Of a stretch of 64,000 nt of DNA, positions 1 through 15,332 are shown one piece after another (position 1 is the first letter of the stretch; every line of letters begins with the position of its first letter). Source of the DNA: Octopus vulgaris. Lineage: Eukaryota. The stretch is taken from positions 36,270,001-36,334,000 of the forward strand of contig OX597839.1 of the NCBI GenBank assembly GCA_951406725.2, written 5' to 3'. The notes under the pieces are model-generated. The model saw only the letters and a list, made by a program, of their open reading frames with translations, was not told the origin of the DNA and searched no databases. Made by a program: the position numbers and the translations under genes.

Positions 1-400
1 CTCTCTCTGCATGGTTGTGAAACATGAGCAATGAATGTGGGGGCTACAGAGGCTAGCTAGGAAGAAGTGAAGTGAATGTGGTACTACTGCAAGATGTATC
101 CTTTTAGTGTATATGTATGACAGGATACCGTTGAGCTGCTGAAAGAGAGAGAGAGAGAGGTATAAAAGGAATCAGATGTGTCAAAGAGAGGGTATGAAGG
201 ATGGTAGTTTGATGAAGAATTACTAGTAATATAAATAGAAAGGACCCCCAAGTCATTCACAGAAATGCTGAAAGCTGAACTTCCAAAAAAGAAATGGCAT
301 GGCAAGATACTATAAGTAGATGGTGAAATGGAACTGTATTAGATGTATATATTATCGGTACATTAACTATACTACAGATTGTGCACACGCACACAATGTA

Positions 401-438
<38 letters not shown>

Positions 439-736
439 AAATCAAAAATAAGCAACAAGAATGACTCTGGTAATTTGGTACAATTGTTTCACACTACAAC
501 ATTTTATTAAAAGATGTTAAGAATTACAGCAGATTTAAGATGCTGAGTGCTCTTCAGCCAATTATATAGGTTTTCCAATAATATAAAAGCTTTCAAATCA
601 AGTAGTAACATTTTAGAGAAGGTAAATATACAGATAAAGATGTAGATTTAAATTTTAAGAACATATATATAAAAGAACTGCAGGCATATATGCTAACTGT
701 GCTTCAGACATATTACAAACACGTTGGTTGTACCCT

Positions 737-738
<2 letters not shown>

Positions 739-798
<60 letters not shown>
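739..798. repeat. (TA)n microsatellite
   Basis: Direct reading. Confidence 0.95.
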
Positions 799-799
<1 letters not shown>

Positions 800-1499
800 C
801 TGTATTGACCTTGGTCTCTTTCACTAAACAAAGAACTTCCCCCTCCCTTCCTATCTAAAACCAAGTTTGGCTCCAGACAAAGAAAGAAAGAAGCATGAAA
901 GCTCACTGTCCTTTCTCATGATTTGTGGCTTCCACCTAATTAACTACCTGACTCTTTGTGTTTATTTTAGTAAATATTTCTCAAACTGTTGGCAATAACA
1001 ACTTTTTTCTACTGAAATATTAATGCCTAAAATTTTCTTATTGGCCTCCATTGATAACATCTGACATTGTTTCCCCGAAAACGACTGCACCTTCCTCTCT
1101 ATTCCTCAGCCTTTATCTTTATACTGTTACCACTGCTGCACCCTACTTAAGCCAAGCTACTGCTGATATCACCATCATCATCATCATCATCATCATTAGC
1201 CCCCCCCCCCACCATTTCACTTGTCTTGTGGTGGTAGTAATAGTAGTAAAGACTTCAGCTAATTCAGGTTCCAGTTATGTCATTTGTTGAGGAAATTGTG
1301 GTTGTTGTTTGTTTTTTTTTTCTTTATCAGCGAAAGTATGTTACATATTTTGTAGCTAGTATATGACAACGTTTGACGGGGATGGTCACAGCTTGTAACA
1401 ACAGCTGTTTTATCAGGCCTCCTATTGTAGTCATGACATGGATTCCAGATATCATGCAAATTTAGTGTGTAATGGTGATTAAAACTACTGATTCTACAG

Positions 1500-1509
1500 A
1501 TACACACGT

Positions 1510-1574
<65 letters not shown>

Positions 1575-1640
1575 TTATATATATATATACATATACACAC
1601 ACACACACACACATATACATACACACACATATATATACAC

Positions 1641-1730
<90 letters not shown>

Positions 1731-1860
1731 GCACACACATATATACATACATGCATACACACCCATGTATATCTATGTATGTCCATGTGCACATGCATGT
1801 GTGTGTGTACATATTACATGAATTATATATCTCTATATTGTGTGTATTTGTGTGTGTGTG
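1500..1860. repeat. compound (TG)n/(TA)n/(CA)n microsatellite
   Basis: Direct reading; explains the spurious CV/HT/YI ORFs. Confidence 0.95.
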
Positions 1861-2204
1861 CCTGTCTATATGTATCTACTATGCCTTTAATAACCAACTG
1901 CCACCCACCCTCCTCCTCTGCACTTGTAATTTGGATTCCAAGGCTTCGTCGTCTGCCGTCGTCATCACAACTACTGGCAGCCACCACCACCACATGCGGA
2001 TATTTGGACAGATTCCAATGGCCTGCTTAAATCTCTTCTTTCTGATTCTATTTTCTCCATCGTCCGTTTATTGATCAGCACATACAGATTTTCTGATTTA
2101 ATTATTGCCAGTTGGAACATCTATTAATAACAACAACAACAACAACAGCAGTGTGTTGTTTCACTACCTGCTTTCTTTTGCCCATTTCCCCTGTGTATAC
2201 ATGT

Positions 2205-2239
<35 letters not shown>

Positions 2240-2344
2240 ATTAATGTTATAACTTATTTAATGTTGTAAAGGACACATACTCAATTCCTCTGTTTCATTG
2301 TAACAGTTTGGATTGGTATGACTGAAAACTAATAATAATAATAA

Positions 2345-2520
2345 CTGTTTCAAAATTTGGCATAAGGCCAGCAATTTTAGGGCCAGAGGAGTTAGTTAAT
2401 TAGATCTACATCAACCCCAGTATTTGATTGATACTTTATTTTATTTACCCCGTGAGGATGAAAGGCAAAGTCGACTTTGGTGGTATTTGAACTCAGAACG
2501 TAAAGAGCTGAAAGAAATAC
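2345..2520 (-). mobile_element. degenerate SINE fragment (family of 25642-25876)
   Basis: Shares aggatgaaaggcaaagtcgac...atttgaactcagaacgta with the 25.7-kb copy. Confidence 0.7.
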
Positions 2521-2571
2521 CACTAATTCGCATTTTGTCTGTCACATTGAAGATTTTCTCAGTTTTTCTGT

Positions 2572-2770
2572 GGTCAAACCAGCCATATCTGGCCTAAATA
2601 TTCAACCTGTTTAATGTTCAAACCAGTCAGATCCAGCCTCTCGCACCTACCCTACAATGTCCTTCTAAAAATGAGCAATCACATTATGAAACTCTTGAAG
2701 CTACAAGATTAATTCAAAACAATGTGAATATATAAGGATGACATTTGACAGAATAATTTGGAATGCTAAA
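2572..2770 (-). mobile_element. degenerate piggyBac-like MITE (family 1)
   Basis: Internal sequence aligns by eye with 16956-17187; ends are eroded. Confidence 0.65.
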
Positions 2771-2776
2771 GCATTT

Positions 2777-2942
2777 TACACTCACGGAGTGGTTGGCGTT
2801 AGGAAGGGCATCCAGCTGTAGAAACATTGCCAGATTAGACTGGAGCCTGGTGCAGCCTTCTGGCTTCCCAGAACCCCGGTCGAACCGTCCAACCCATGCT
2901 AGCATGGAGAACGGACGTTAAACGATGATGATGATGATGATG
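2777..2942 (+). mobile_element. 5'-truncated RTE-LINE 3' end with (ATG)n tail
   Basis: Homologous to the 3' UTR of the RTE fragment at 21028-21655; flanked by direct repeat aaagcatt (2768-2775 and 2943-2950), a likely target-site duplication. Confidence 0.8.
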
Positions 2943-4291
2943 AAAGCATTGATGATGATGATAATGATAAAAAAAAAAGGTCTCAAAGTTTAGTACTGCA
3001 TACATACTCCCGAAAATGGAGTGGGTCTTTTATGCCATCAAATATGATACTTCAAGTATCATATTAAAGAGAAAGAGAAGGGTGGGTAGGTACTAATTAA
3101 ATTAACATGGTTAAATTAGTTACATTAATAGTGTGACTTTTAGTTTGTGGTGGCAAGAAATTAAAAACTGCGCTTGTTTGGTGTGTAGGACAATCTGTTG
3201 TTGGACGCAAAATGCTTCGAATTATTCTGTTGGCCCCTGCCCTTCATTTTAGATGATCCTTACTTGTTTTGTGGTCCTTTGTTGCTATTAATTAATTAAT
3301 TAATTAATGTGTCTTCATTGCTATTGGTTAACTCACGAGTCTTTTTTTTTTTTTAAACTTCGTGTAACTTCCTGCCTCACCATTTCTTGGTTACCTTTTT
3401 CTATTTCACCTTTGTATTTGTATCGCCTCCAAACATCTTGAGCCCTTGGGGCAAATTAAAGAAAATTAGGATTATTAATACTTGTTATTATGATTATGGA
3501 GGTATGAAAGACAAAGCAATACCTTATCTGAGCACAGTAGTGACACATGCATGCACACATCTGTAGATATAGTGAAACAGCCCCAAATTGATAAAATGCA
3601 TTGGTATTTGTATTGCTGTTGCTGGGAAATTTCTGTAGGGTTTGGGATGGGTGGTGGTGGTGTTGTGACCACATTTCTACTGATGTTTAGTGAGCACATG
3701 CGCATGCATGCACGTGCACACACATGCACTGTGAACATTGTGCCTGAGTAATGACCAGTGCGTTTTACATTAAACTTGAATCAGTAAAGAATTCTAACAT
3801 TGTTTCATTTTTAGAGGAAACAGAAAATAAAACAAATAATGGTTTCTGATTTAGGCACAAGGCCAGAAATTTTGAGGGAAGGGGTTAGTTACTCAGTACC
3901 ATCAACCCTCATTACTTCACTGGTATCTTAATCTTATTGACTGTGGTGAGATATGAGAAATAAAATTGGCTTCATTTTTCAAAGATTTCAGAAAGCTTTG
4001 TCTATTATTTCTAGCTGGTTGTTAGCTCTTGAACCACTAAGTCACTCATTAACCAATGCCAATATCATTGAGCCAAGAGAGTGAAACGGGGGGATCTCTC
4101 AATTTCCCCTGGGACCACAATAATACTGCATATGTTCATACTGTAAGGGTTTAAGTATTTTCTGATATTTTAGAGGTTTCATTTAAGTTGTTATTTATGA
4201 AGCCTTCTTCACAAAGTTATTACTAAACTCAATCAGGTAGACACAGAAGTTTCCTGTAAAAATCTCTATAGATTTTTGTTCTCCCTACAGG

Positions 4292-4692
4292 CATAACTGT
4301 GTTGTTAAGAAGTATGCTTCCCAATCATGTGGTCTTGGGTTCAGTCCCACTGCATGGCACCTTGGACATATGCCTTCTGTTATATCCCAGGTCGACCAAA
4401 GCCTTGTGAGTGGATTTGGGAGAGGGAAATTGAAACAAGTTTGTGTGTACGTACGTATCCTTGTCTTAATATGTGATGGTTCTAAATGAGCATAACCATC
4501 ATATAAGCAGTGTTATTCATTTTCGGGCTTCCATGAAAACGTCTAGCCATAGGGAAATATTACTTTCCTTGGAAACAAGTGAGGGTTGACGACAAAGAAG
4601 GGACATTTGATTAGGAAATTTGCCTCAACAAATTCCATCCGAGATATGCAAGCATGGAGAAGTGCACGTTAAACCCGCGACGACAACGATGA
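4292..4692 (+). mobile_element. tRNA-derived SINE with CORE-like segment and RTE-like 3' tail
   Basis: B-box-like gggttcagtccc, head shared with the 58195 copy, tail gcaagcatggagaagtgcacgttaaac. Confidence 0.7.
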
Positions 4693-4841
4693 TACTTAAC
4701 ATGATAGGAGAGCATGACATTAATTAGCACTTTGATTAATTGGGTGTCATCATTCTATTCAAGCAAAAGTAACCAACACTAGTCTGTACTATAAATCATA
4801 CTCCTCCCCTGCTCTATTGTCTTATGTCAGGTTCACTAAGC

Positions 4842-5061
4842 CAATGGTTCTCAACTGGGATCCATCATAAGATTTTGTTGTTAAAATATATCTCCAATAA
4901 ATTGCTTATACTTGTACAATACATTAAATATTTTCACAATTTTTAAAAATATAATTCCTAATAATATTAATACTAAAAATACAATAGAACTTTTTAAACA
5001 GCAAATGGCTATGAGGGTTCACCCTAGTAAAATAGGAATCAAAAACGGTTGAGAATCCTTA
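4842..5061. mobile_element. hAT-like MITE
   Basis: Imperfect terminal inverted repeats caatggttctcaac / gttgagaatcctta; degenerate 8-bp flanks both containing ctaa. Confidence 0.5.
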
Positions 5062-8000
5062 GTCTAAACTGAAAGCCATGTATTGGTACCTCTTTCATTA
5101 GAGCTTACTGATGTTGAATAACAGTGAGTCCGTACTGAACTGGACTTCCATGAGTTTGGTTTCAGGCCTCTACTCTAGATTAATGTTATTTAGCCCCAGG
5201 TTAGCTCTGATCGACCAGGTATCCTACCCTTGGTCATCTCATCTCTTTACTATGGTGTAAGAAATCCACGGCCACATTATCCAATATGTTCTTTTTTGTA
5301 AGCTAGTGGCATGTGGTTTGAGGGAAATTTGACTATTACTTGTGGTAGGTCAAGCAATCATGTAGAGGCTCCCTCACTGGCTCCCCTACTACCCAAGATA
5401 CCATGTTTACTTGTGTATAAGTCCACCCCTATTTAATGTTCAGTGTTGGTGCAAAACATAGTTTTAGCTTTACCATTTGTATAAGTTGCAGCCCAATTTT
5501 TCTGTTAATATCAAATATAAAATAGAGCAGCTTGTAGAGAAATAAAATACAGTAATTTGTTGTGGAATATTTCCCATTTATTCCAACGTGTCTCGGTGAA
5601 GTACCAGACTGTTATCTTGTTATAAATTGGTGTTTCCTCTTTTGATTAGTCTCTTGTATGAAATTACAAACCTTACATACAACTTCGAAGTTGTTTCATC
5701 TTGAGAACGGCAAAGCTACATCTAGAGTCGTTAGTTTTCAATGGGACACAAAAACAAACTTGATGTGTTTAGATTCTTGTTCTTCTGTTGATAAAATATC
5801 CTGCAAAGTGTGTGTGCCTGTGCGTGCACACACACATGCATTTTATTCTTTCAATGGTTTCATTAGACTGCAGCCATCCTGGGGCACCAGTTTAGTGGGG
5901 TTAGTCAATTTATATCAAACCCCATATTTTGGTGATCCCTATCCTATTCAATAGCTGAGTTAATTTTTTTTTTGTCAGAACATTGATTTTTTTTAAAGGG
6001 CGATATCATTCTTTCTCTCTCTTACACACACACATACACACTATGATGGGCTTCAGTACAGTTTCTATTTACTCAAAACGGTTGAGACCATAAATAGAAG
6101 GGACTTCAGTAAGTTCTGTGTCGTAATACCAAAGTTTGAACCACAAGTTTGTTATGAAACAAACTTCCTAATGATTTGCTCTTAGTTTACATATTTTTTT
6201 TCTCGTCATTTTGTACCTCTCATCTCCTAGCATAAAACTATCCCTTTAGGTTCATAATCTTGCAAGATAGATGGCAATTGGTGGCATGGAAAAAAAAATC
6301 ATCCAATACATTTTGTAAAGTAGTTAGTATTAGGAAGGGCATCCAACTGTAGAAACCCTGTTAAGGCAGACACTGGAATACGATGCAGTCCTTGTGTCCA
6401 TTGGATCATATCAAACCATGCAACCCATACCAGCACAGAATATGAGTGTCAAATTATGATTATGATGACATTTTATCGTGATACATTTTAAAAAGAATTA
6501 TCATTGTTAATTAGATGAAAATGAATATTTTACCTTTACAGAAACCAAATATTTTGTGGCATTAAATTTTTTTTCTTGGTTTAAAGCCTGTCGTTCTCCT
6601 GTTTCAAACCTTATAAAATGAATCTATTAAGAGATTTGAATGCGAGTGTTCTTATATGTCTCTAGAATGTGTCTGATACCAACTTTAGTATTGGTATCAT
6701 GAGAAGCAGGAACCCCAGGAATCTTATTCCCCTTAATGTCCATCTTTTATTCACTCTCAACTAGTTTTAAACTCCCCTTCTAAATGTCCCTTTGATCAGT
6801 ACCAATGATTGATTAAGACTACACATTAGCTAATACTATATTTACCTTATATTCAAGGGTCAGCAAAGTGGTTGATATTGGCCCTTATATCAATGCAATA
6901 TCAATGCAATAATAACTAGTATTGACCAAACATGTATTTCACATGAAATATTTCAACTGTATCAATATGACTGATTTTTTAATTATTTATCTTTATCAAT
7001 TTCATTTAGTATTTTCATTAAATTTTCTTTAAATCAGTAACAACACACAAAAAAAAGAAGGAATTATTGTTTTTTAAATCAAGAAATTATTTTTTATTAA
7101 CTATGCTTTTTAGTTTTATTTTCGAAATCTTCATGATAGTGGGCAGGTTTTAAATTACTAATGATTCCATGACAAGGCCAATGATATAAAAAAAAATAAA
7201 ATTGCCAACCCCTGTTTTGTATGATTAACATCGTATTGATACTGTAAACCTCAAATATCATCTGTATGGTGAAGAAATTAGAGAATTCATGTGATGATAA
7301 TGTAAGAGAATTGCTTCCATCTTCATTATTGCTTGTCTTTAAAGAACTCCCAATGATCAAATAGTTTTCAAGCCCCCTTTTTTAATGTCTTAGTTGAACC
7401 CCTTATTTACATTGCCGTAAGCCATGTGCCTGTGACCCAAGTATCCCATTCTTTACACAGCTGCATTGTTGCCATTAGTAATCAACATCACTCCAGTCTA
7501 TTTCTGTGTGTGCAGATTTTGAGTTTTTGGAATGCTTTACATGACTGATTGGTCCAATCTATGTCATTAGACATGGTTGTGTGGCTAAAAAGCTTGCTTT
7601 GCAACCATGGGGTTTCAGTTTCACTCCCACTGCTTGGTTCCTTGGGCAAGTGATTTCACTCTAATCCTGAATCAAGACCAATGGCTTTTGAGTGAATCTT
7701 GTAGGTGGAAACTGTGATTTTTTGCGTGTGTCTTTATGTATATTTCCTACCACCATTTCGTAGCCAATGCTTGTTTGGCGAAAGAGACCAATGGAATTAG
7801 TACCAGGCATTAATTTTTGTACTGGAATCAATTTGCCCAACTACACCCTTCAAAGCAATGCTCCCTGCATAGTCAGAGCCCAATGACTGACACAAGGAAA
7901 AGGAAAATGGTAAAAGCATTATTTTGGCAAGACAGTAGCAATTGTTTGTTGCTTTTTTTCCAAACAAAACTGCATAATTTTTTTCTAAACATGCTGATCT

Positions 8001-8667
8001 GATCCCCAGCTACATCAGCTGCTTCTGTGAAGTAATGAATAAAATTAATTCTTGTCATTTGAGTCATTTTAGTCAATAATCAGTTCTGGTCTCTTTTTAA
8101 ATGTCACCTACATTACAGTGTTGTTGTTTTTATATTTGGAATGGTACTATTGCTTATTATAACAGCTAGGACATGGCTCGTACAAGCACACACGCACATG
8201 GCCAACAAAAGCCTTGTGGATTTGGTAGACAGAAACTGAAAGAAGCCTGATGTATATACGTCTATCTGTGTCACTTTCATACAAGCAGTGTTATTCATTT
8301 CCAAGTCTTCCATGGAAACATACCTGGCCATGGGGAAATTATTACCTTGCTTGGAAACAGGTGAGGATTTAACAACACGAAATGCATCTGGCCATAGAAA
8401 ACCTGCCTCAGTAAACTCTGTCTGGCCCATGAAAGCATAGAATAATGGATGTTGAAAATGATGATGATACATTGTTAGCATGCTGGACAAAATGTTTCGT
8501 GGCATTTCTTTTGTCTTCACTTTCCGAGGTGTTCAAATTCTGCTGACATCAACTTTGCTTATCCTTTTGAGGTCAATGAAATAAGTACCAGTTAGGCACT
8601 GGGATCGATGTAATTGACTAACCTCCTCTCCTAAAACTTTAGCTAAGTTGCCGTGATTATCATCATT

Positions 8668-8787
8668 GAAACACTGCCAGATCAGACTGGGCCTGGTGCA
8701 ACCTCCTGGCTTCCCAGATCCCTGGTCGAACCGTCCAACCCATGCTAGCATGGAGAACGGACGTTAAACGATGATGATGATGATGAT
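8668..8787 (+). mobile_element. RTE-LINE 3' fragment with (ATG)n tail
   Basis: Near-identical to 2820-2942. Confidence 0.8.
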
Positions 8788-10949
8788 TAAATTCAGGTTT
8801 TATATTGATTTTCCTTGTAGTGTCTTAAGTGTAAACTATGAACACGTGTTTACTGGGAACACAGGCAAACCAAAGGAAAGGGGCTGTTTCGTATGTAGAA
8901 AAGGAAAAACTAGCCATAACAGCAGCCTTAGAATAGATTCTTCTAAATATTTTGCTGGCTCCTTATAACTAAACGATGGCTTCTGTTACCTAGGTGACCT
9001 AATTAGCAGTGGCTAGAATGCTCTCAATGTACGAATAGAAAAGGTGTAGGTACGGCTGTGTGGTTAAGAAGTTTGCTTTGCAACCATTTGGCTTAGGGTT
9101 CAGTCCCACTGCGCTGCAACTTTGGCAAGTGGCCTCTACTGTAGCCCCAGGTTGAACAATGTCTTGGGGATGAATTTAGTTGATGGAAACCGTGTGTGTG
9201 TGTGTTTTGAAGACTGGATAAGAATAGAGTAGAAAACGTTCCAGGAACTATTTACCTCTGCTGGTACTGAAGGGATTGTTCCTCTGGGTGAGAGGCAGAT
9301 TTTATGATGCTTGTGTAAAAAGCATGATGTTGCTTGGTCTGAGAAATGAGTATTGAATGTGGAGGGTGTGTGTGAAGGGTAGAAAGAAATGAAACGAGGA
9401 AGATATAGGAAGAGTTGATGAAGACTGAATGCAGGCAGAGGTGGGTGAGAATAGACTTATTAAAAGTGATGATAATGGATCATAAGAGTTTGGTTGGTGA
9501 AAAATAAAAGTCAGTCGGAGCAGGAATTGAGCTTGTTATAAAGAGAAATGAGGTAACTGTTTGGCATTTTACTGATTCTGCCTTTAATTGATGAACTATA
9601 ACAGATGGAGGTTGGTGACAGGAAAGGCATCCAACTGTAGAAAATCTGCCTCAACCAATTCCAGCCAACTCATGCGGGCATGGAAAAGTGGATGCTAAAA
9701 TGATGACAAACTCTGAGGAAGAGTTGGTATTAAATATAAGGTTGCGACAGTGTTGCTTTAATTTGCCTCTCTCTTTCCCTCCAGATTTTGCTTTAACTTT
9801 CCAGCTTTGAGAGTAACCGGGTTAATTAATGTGTTAATTTGGTGACAACATTCAGAGGCAGGCAGCACCTTGCTTCACATTTTACAGGGGATAAATGGTA
9901 ATAGAACTATTTTTTTGTATTACACATTATATGGGACAACTAATTACGGGGTGGTGGTCGGTGGAAGTCATGGCTCATGTATTTTGGGGTGATGGTAGAT
10001 GAGGGTTAGAGGCTGATGTATGTGTATGGAGGTGATGGTGGGGGCTATATTGGGTGATGTAAAAACTTGATTGTGGGGAAATAAAAAAAAAAAGCCCCCC
10101 AAAAAATCACACCAATCAATTTTGTGTTTTTGCAAAATTGTTTATCATCAAACGTATTAGTCACTATTTCTCCATTTCCTCTTACTTAATTAAAAAGCGA
10201 ACCCAAATTTTACCCCCTCCCCATAATTATTGATCCCCCCTCTCTCCGATCTAAGTTACCATAACTACAAAGTTAGTCATACAATAGTCAACTACTTAAT
10301 TACTTGATACATTGTTCTAATTGGTAAATCCCTTGTTATTTGATACGCATTATTCTAATTGGTAATCCCTCATTATTCTTGAGCGGTCGATGTCAGAAAC
10401 AGTAAAGTGGATGTCAGGATGCATTGTGCTATTCTAATCAGGTTTCCTTATGTTCTGAGTTCAAATCCAGTCTGGGCTGACTTTATAGAATATGGATTTG
10501 TCATGTCTTTCTTTGTGACAATGTGCTCAACGGTCTACTTTATATATTTGCTTGGAGTTGTGACAATATCCTCAAAATTCTACTTAGCGTTCTTGCCCAC
10601 CCCCATCTCTCCCTCTCCATATGTATATGTATTAAACGCCAACATACACATTACACACGCACGACAACATGGCCATCTCTCTACCCCCCCCCCCCAGGAT
10701 TCAGTGACCCATAGAGCTGCATCATGTCCCAGATGTTATATGCATACACACGTGTTTGAGTTGTGCCAACTCACCAATGGTAGCTATGACTATCTTTTTT
10801 TTCTTAATTTTGACAAATTAAATTTAAATGTTGAAGTGAATCTAGCGGTTTTTGTGTGTCTTTAAATGGCTTATAAACTTCTTCCATGCTGCAATTGTGT
10901 TTGTGCGTGTGTGTGTGTGTGTGCATGCACGCATATATATATATATATA

Positions 10950-11080
10950 ACTTAGCGGTTCGGCAAAAGTGATCGATAGAATAAGTACTAGGCTTACAAA
11001 GAATAAGTCCTGGGGTCGATTTGCTCGACTAAAGGCGCTGCTCCGGCATGGCCACAGTCGAATGACTGAAACAAATAAAA
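10950..11080 (+). mobile_element. SINE 3' half (family of 58195-58575)
   Basis: ttagcggttcggcaaaa...gataagaataagtac-like...gactgaaacaa shared with other copies. Confidence 0.75.
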
Positions 11081-11476
11081 AAGTTTTAAAAAAAAGTTTA
11101 GTATATATATATATATATATATATCGGTCAAACCGTCCAACCCGTGCTAGCGCGGAAAACGGACGTTAAACGACGATGATGATATATATATACTGCCTAT
11201 GTACACATCTGTAATCTCTAACACTGAGTCATACCTCCTTGTCTCTGGTGAGATGTAGATCAGAGATGTCCAAGCTCATTAAGCTTTTGTAGGCCAGATA
11301 GGGACCGTTATTCCTAAAGCTATTCTTTATAAAGTAGTCCCAATGTAGATGGTTAATAAGGGCCAGTATATGAGTATGAAGCATTAACAAGGCTTAAATG
11401 CAGTGATAGAAAATGGCATATGGGTACTATGGACAAAAGGGGCAATAGAGCAGGGGTTTTTAGTCTTTGCTTCTGT

Positions 11477-11668
11477 TTAACCCTTTTGGTACTAACCTGT
11501 ATGAGACTGTCCCAGTTTCTATGATACAAACTCCTTGTTTTAAAGTAAACTTCTTCAAAACTTTTGTGACAAGCATCAGTTTGATAATGATAAAACTCCA
11601 TTGTTTCCATAATTAATTGAAACAAAAGGTAGTGCATTTAAACAGAAATATGGTAACGAGAACGTCGA
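11477..11668 (-). mobile_element. piggyBac-like MITE (family 2), degenerate
   Basis: TTAA-CCCTTTT terminus; aligns with 16366-16582 and 29146-29346. Confidence 0.6.
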
Positions 11669-11772
11669 AATGATCTAAATACCTCCCTTGAAAATCTCAT
11701 GCTATTTATATTCTGGATGCCACATAGACAATAATATTGTTTCATGTATGTCTATAGTCCCTATCTAGCACA

Positions 11773-12163
<391 letters not shown>

Positions 12164-12287
12164 CTACAACTGCCGGTAATTTCGAAAAAGGGGGAAATAA
12201 GGTATATTAATTAAATCTCTGAGCGACATGTAAACAGTAGCAATATGGAATTATAACATATAATTGCCAACCATATATATGTATGTA

Positions 12288-12320
<33 letters not shown>

Positions 12321-12631
12321 CGTGTGTACCTATATTTAATGCTTATACAAGAAAAGCTGTGACAGTGAAGTTTTGATCTGCCAGTTTTCATTAAACTGAC
12401 GTAGTCAGTCACAGCCTCATCCTGTAAAAATGTAATGAATATTATGTACTCTACAAAAGAAGTATTGAGTAATTTTGCAGTTTAATGTTCAATTGCTTTT
12501 ATAATAACCCGACATAAAAACACAATATACGCACATCACACAATCGTTGCACATCACCTACACGAATTACATAATAAGCACGGGGTATGTACATTGTATG
12601 TATGCACACACACATAACGTGTGTGTATATG

Positions 12632-12702
<71 letters not shown>

Positions 12703-13889
12703 ATATGTATTCTTTTATTGAGGCTATGAAAATCATGGAGAAATATATACATATGTATATATATATATATATGTATATATATATACACTCTCACAAACAA
12801 CAAAGACATGCAATATATTACCTTCACAAACTATATAATAGACACAGCATATATACGCATGTATGTATGTATGTATGCATGCATGTATGTATACACACAC
12901 ACACACACATACATACACTCTCTCTCACAAACAAACAAAGACATGCAATACGTTACCTTCACGAACTATATAATAGACACAGCATATATACGCATGTACG
13001 TATATATATATATATACACACACAGACACAGACATGCGGTGCATCACCTAGATGAATCATCTATATTCATGCCATTGGCCCACTTAAGTTATTTCCCTGA
13101 GCTCCTTATTTTTATTTATTTATTTATTTTATTTTATTTTTCTCCATGTAATTATGTGCAATATTGTCTGCCTAATCATTTCTCCCCCCCTCACCGCCAC
13201 CACCACCACCACCGCCATCACATTATTCAATTTTGCCTTCAAACTCCATACGCCTCCCTTCCTCCTCCACCTCCTCCTTCTCTTCCTTCTCCTCCTTCCT
13301 ATCATGTCTGTACAGCTGCTCTTGTGTTCTTAACATTTTCTAGCTACCAGCTGTGGTGGTCGGTGAGGGATGGGATGTGAAGGAAGGGGGGGACGTGCCC
13401 CTCCCCTCCCCTTCCCTCCCCACCACCACTGTTCAGCTGCCTTTGCCATATCACATGTCACTTCTTCTCAGACATCAAAACACATCTAAGACAGAATAAT
13501 CCAGAAAACTGATTCCCCCCTCCCATCTCCCCCCACAATCTCACCTCACCTCTTACATACACCACACCTCCCCCCTCCCCTCCTTCACCAAGTCCCAGCC
13601 TAGATTTTGAAATGTAAACTTTCAATGTTTTTGAGTCAGAAAATGTCAGCCAAACTGACTGTTTTTAGTTTAGGATTATCTCTATCTCTCTATATTTTCT
13701 GGTGTGTGTGTATACACACATATACATACATACACATGTGCACACACACATACACATGTGTGTGTGTTATATGGATGCAGCAGTGACTAAACGACCGCAA
13801 TGTGGTGCATAGATGTTGGCAATGCAGTGGCTTCTGCAGTCTGGCGTGCAGTAGCTACAATACAGACATACATGTTAATGGAGTGTGAT

Positions 13890-13941
<52 letters not shown>

Positions 13942-13983
13942 CTTACCATCCACCCATCCATCTATCTTCCTATCTATCAATGA

Positions 13984-14232
<249 letters not shown>

Positions 14233-14271
14233 CACGTTCACATGCGCACTGAGACATATGCATTCACACAA

Positions 14272-14302
<31 letters not shown>

Positions 14303-14988
14303 AATATAAATTACAATGAAATTTGTAGGGAATGAAAAAAAAAACAGTATGCAAATGAGATGTTCTGACATTCAGTTCCAAAAGTGACAGGCCAGCTAAT
14401 TTGCATATCCCATGTTTGTGTGTGTTATATCTGCAATTAGATTTCCATGTTGTTCTGTGTTTGGTATGGTAGATGTGTTTGCTTGGACTCATTCTCCTCC
14501 TGTCTCCAATATCTTCCTTTGTAACAAACTACGTAATATTTCTTACGGATAGCTGCAGCATATATTTTTAGTGAATATGGCACAAATTTGCTTTGATTTT
14601 TTTTGGGGGGTTTTTAAAAAAAAAAAAAAATCTTTTTTTTTAGGTGGAGCCTATGGCTTTCATGCCTGTCTATTGTGTAAATTATTGCGACTGCAGTAAC
14701 TGAACTGACTACTCTGGAAATGTATAGAATAGTTTTAAAACAGGTTTATGAGGTTCTTTATGAGATTCTTCACTAGGCTGCTTAGTCAGTCAGAAATCTT
14801 CATTAAACTGATTCAGGTGGTGGTGGTGGTGATGGTGATGGTGGTGATGGTGGTGATGACTATGTGGCAGTGGGGAGGTGGGGGAGGTCTGTATGTGTGT
14901 CACTGTTGATATGTAGTGTGTGGTTTGTGTGTGTGTCATTGTGGTAGTGGTTGTGCTTGTCAGTGGTGGCGACAGTAGCAGTAGTAGC

Positions 14989-15036
<48 letters not shown>

Positions 15037-15154
15037 TAGTGATTAATTTGGTTTAATTTAGGTTTTAAATGATGACTTGAATGCAATGAGGAACTTTGAC
15101 TTTTTTTTGTGTGTTTTGTTTTGTCTGAGAAGCATGTGATCTGATAGCTTTGTA

Positions 15155-15332
15155 TGCCTTCTCCCCCCCTTCCTCTGCCTTCTCCCCCCTTCCTCTGCCT
15201 TCTCCCCCCCCCCCTTCCTCTGCCTTCTCCCCCCTTCCTCTGCCTTCTCCCCCCTTCCTCTGCCCTCTCCTCCTTCCTCTGCCTTCTCCTCCTTCCTCTG
15301 CCTCCCCCCCTCTCTCTCTCTCTCTCTCTCTC
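15155..15332. repeat. pyrimidine-rich minisatellite, about 20-25-bp unit ccccccttcctctgccttct, followed by (CT)n
   Basis: About 7 copies with variable C-run length. Confidence 0.9.

Noticed and set aside
14633-14649. Possible recursive splice site tttttttag|gtggag
   Set aside because: The regenerated donor is a weak consensus match.
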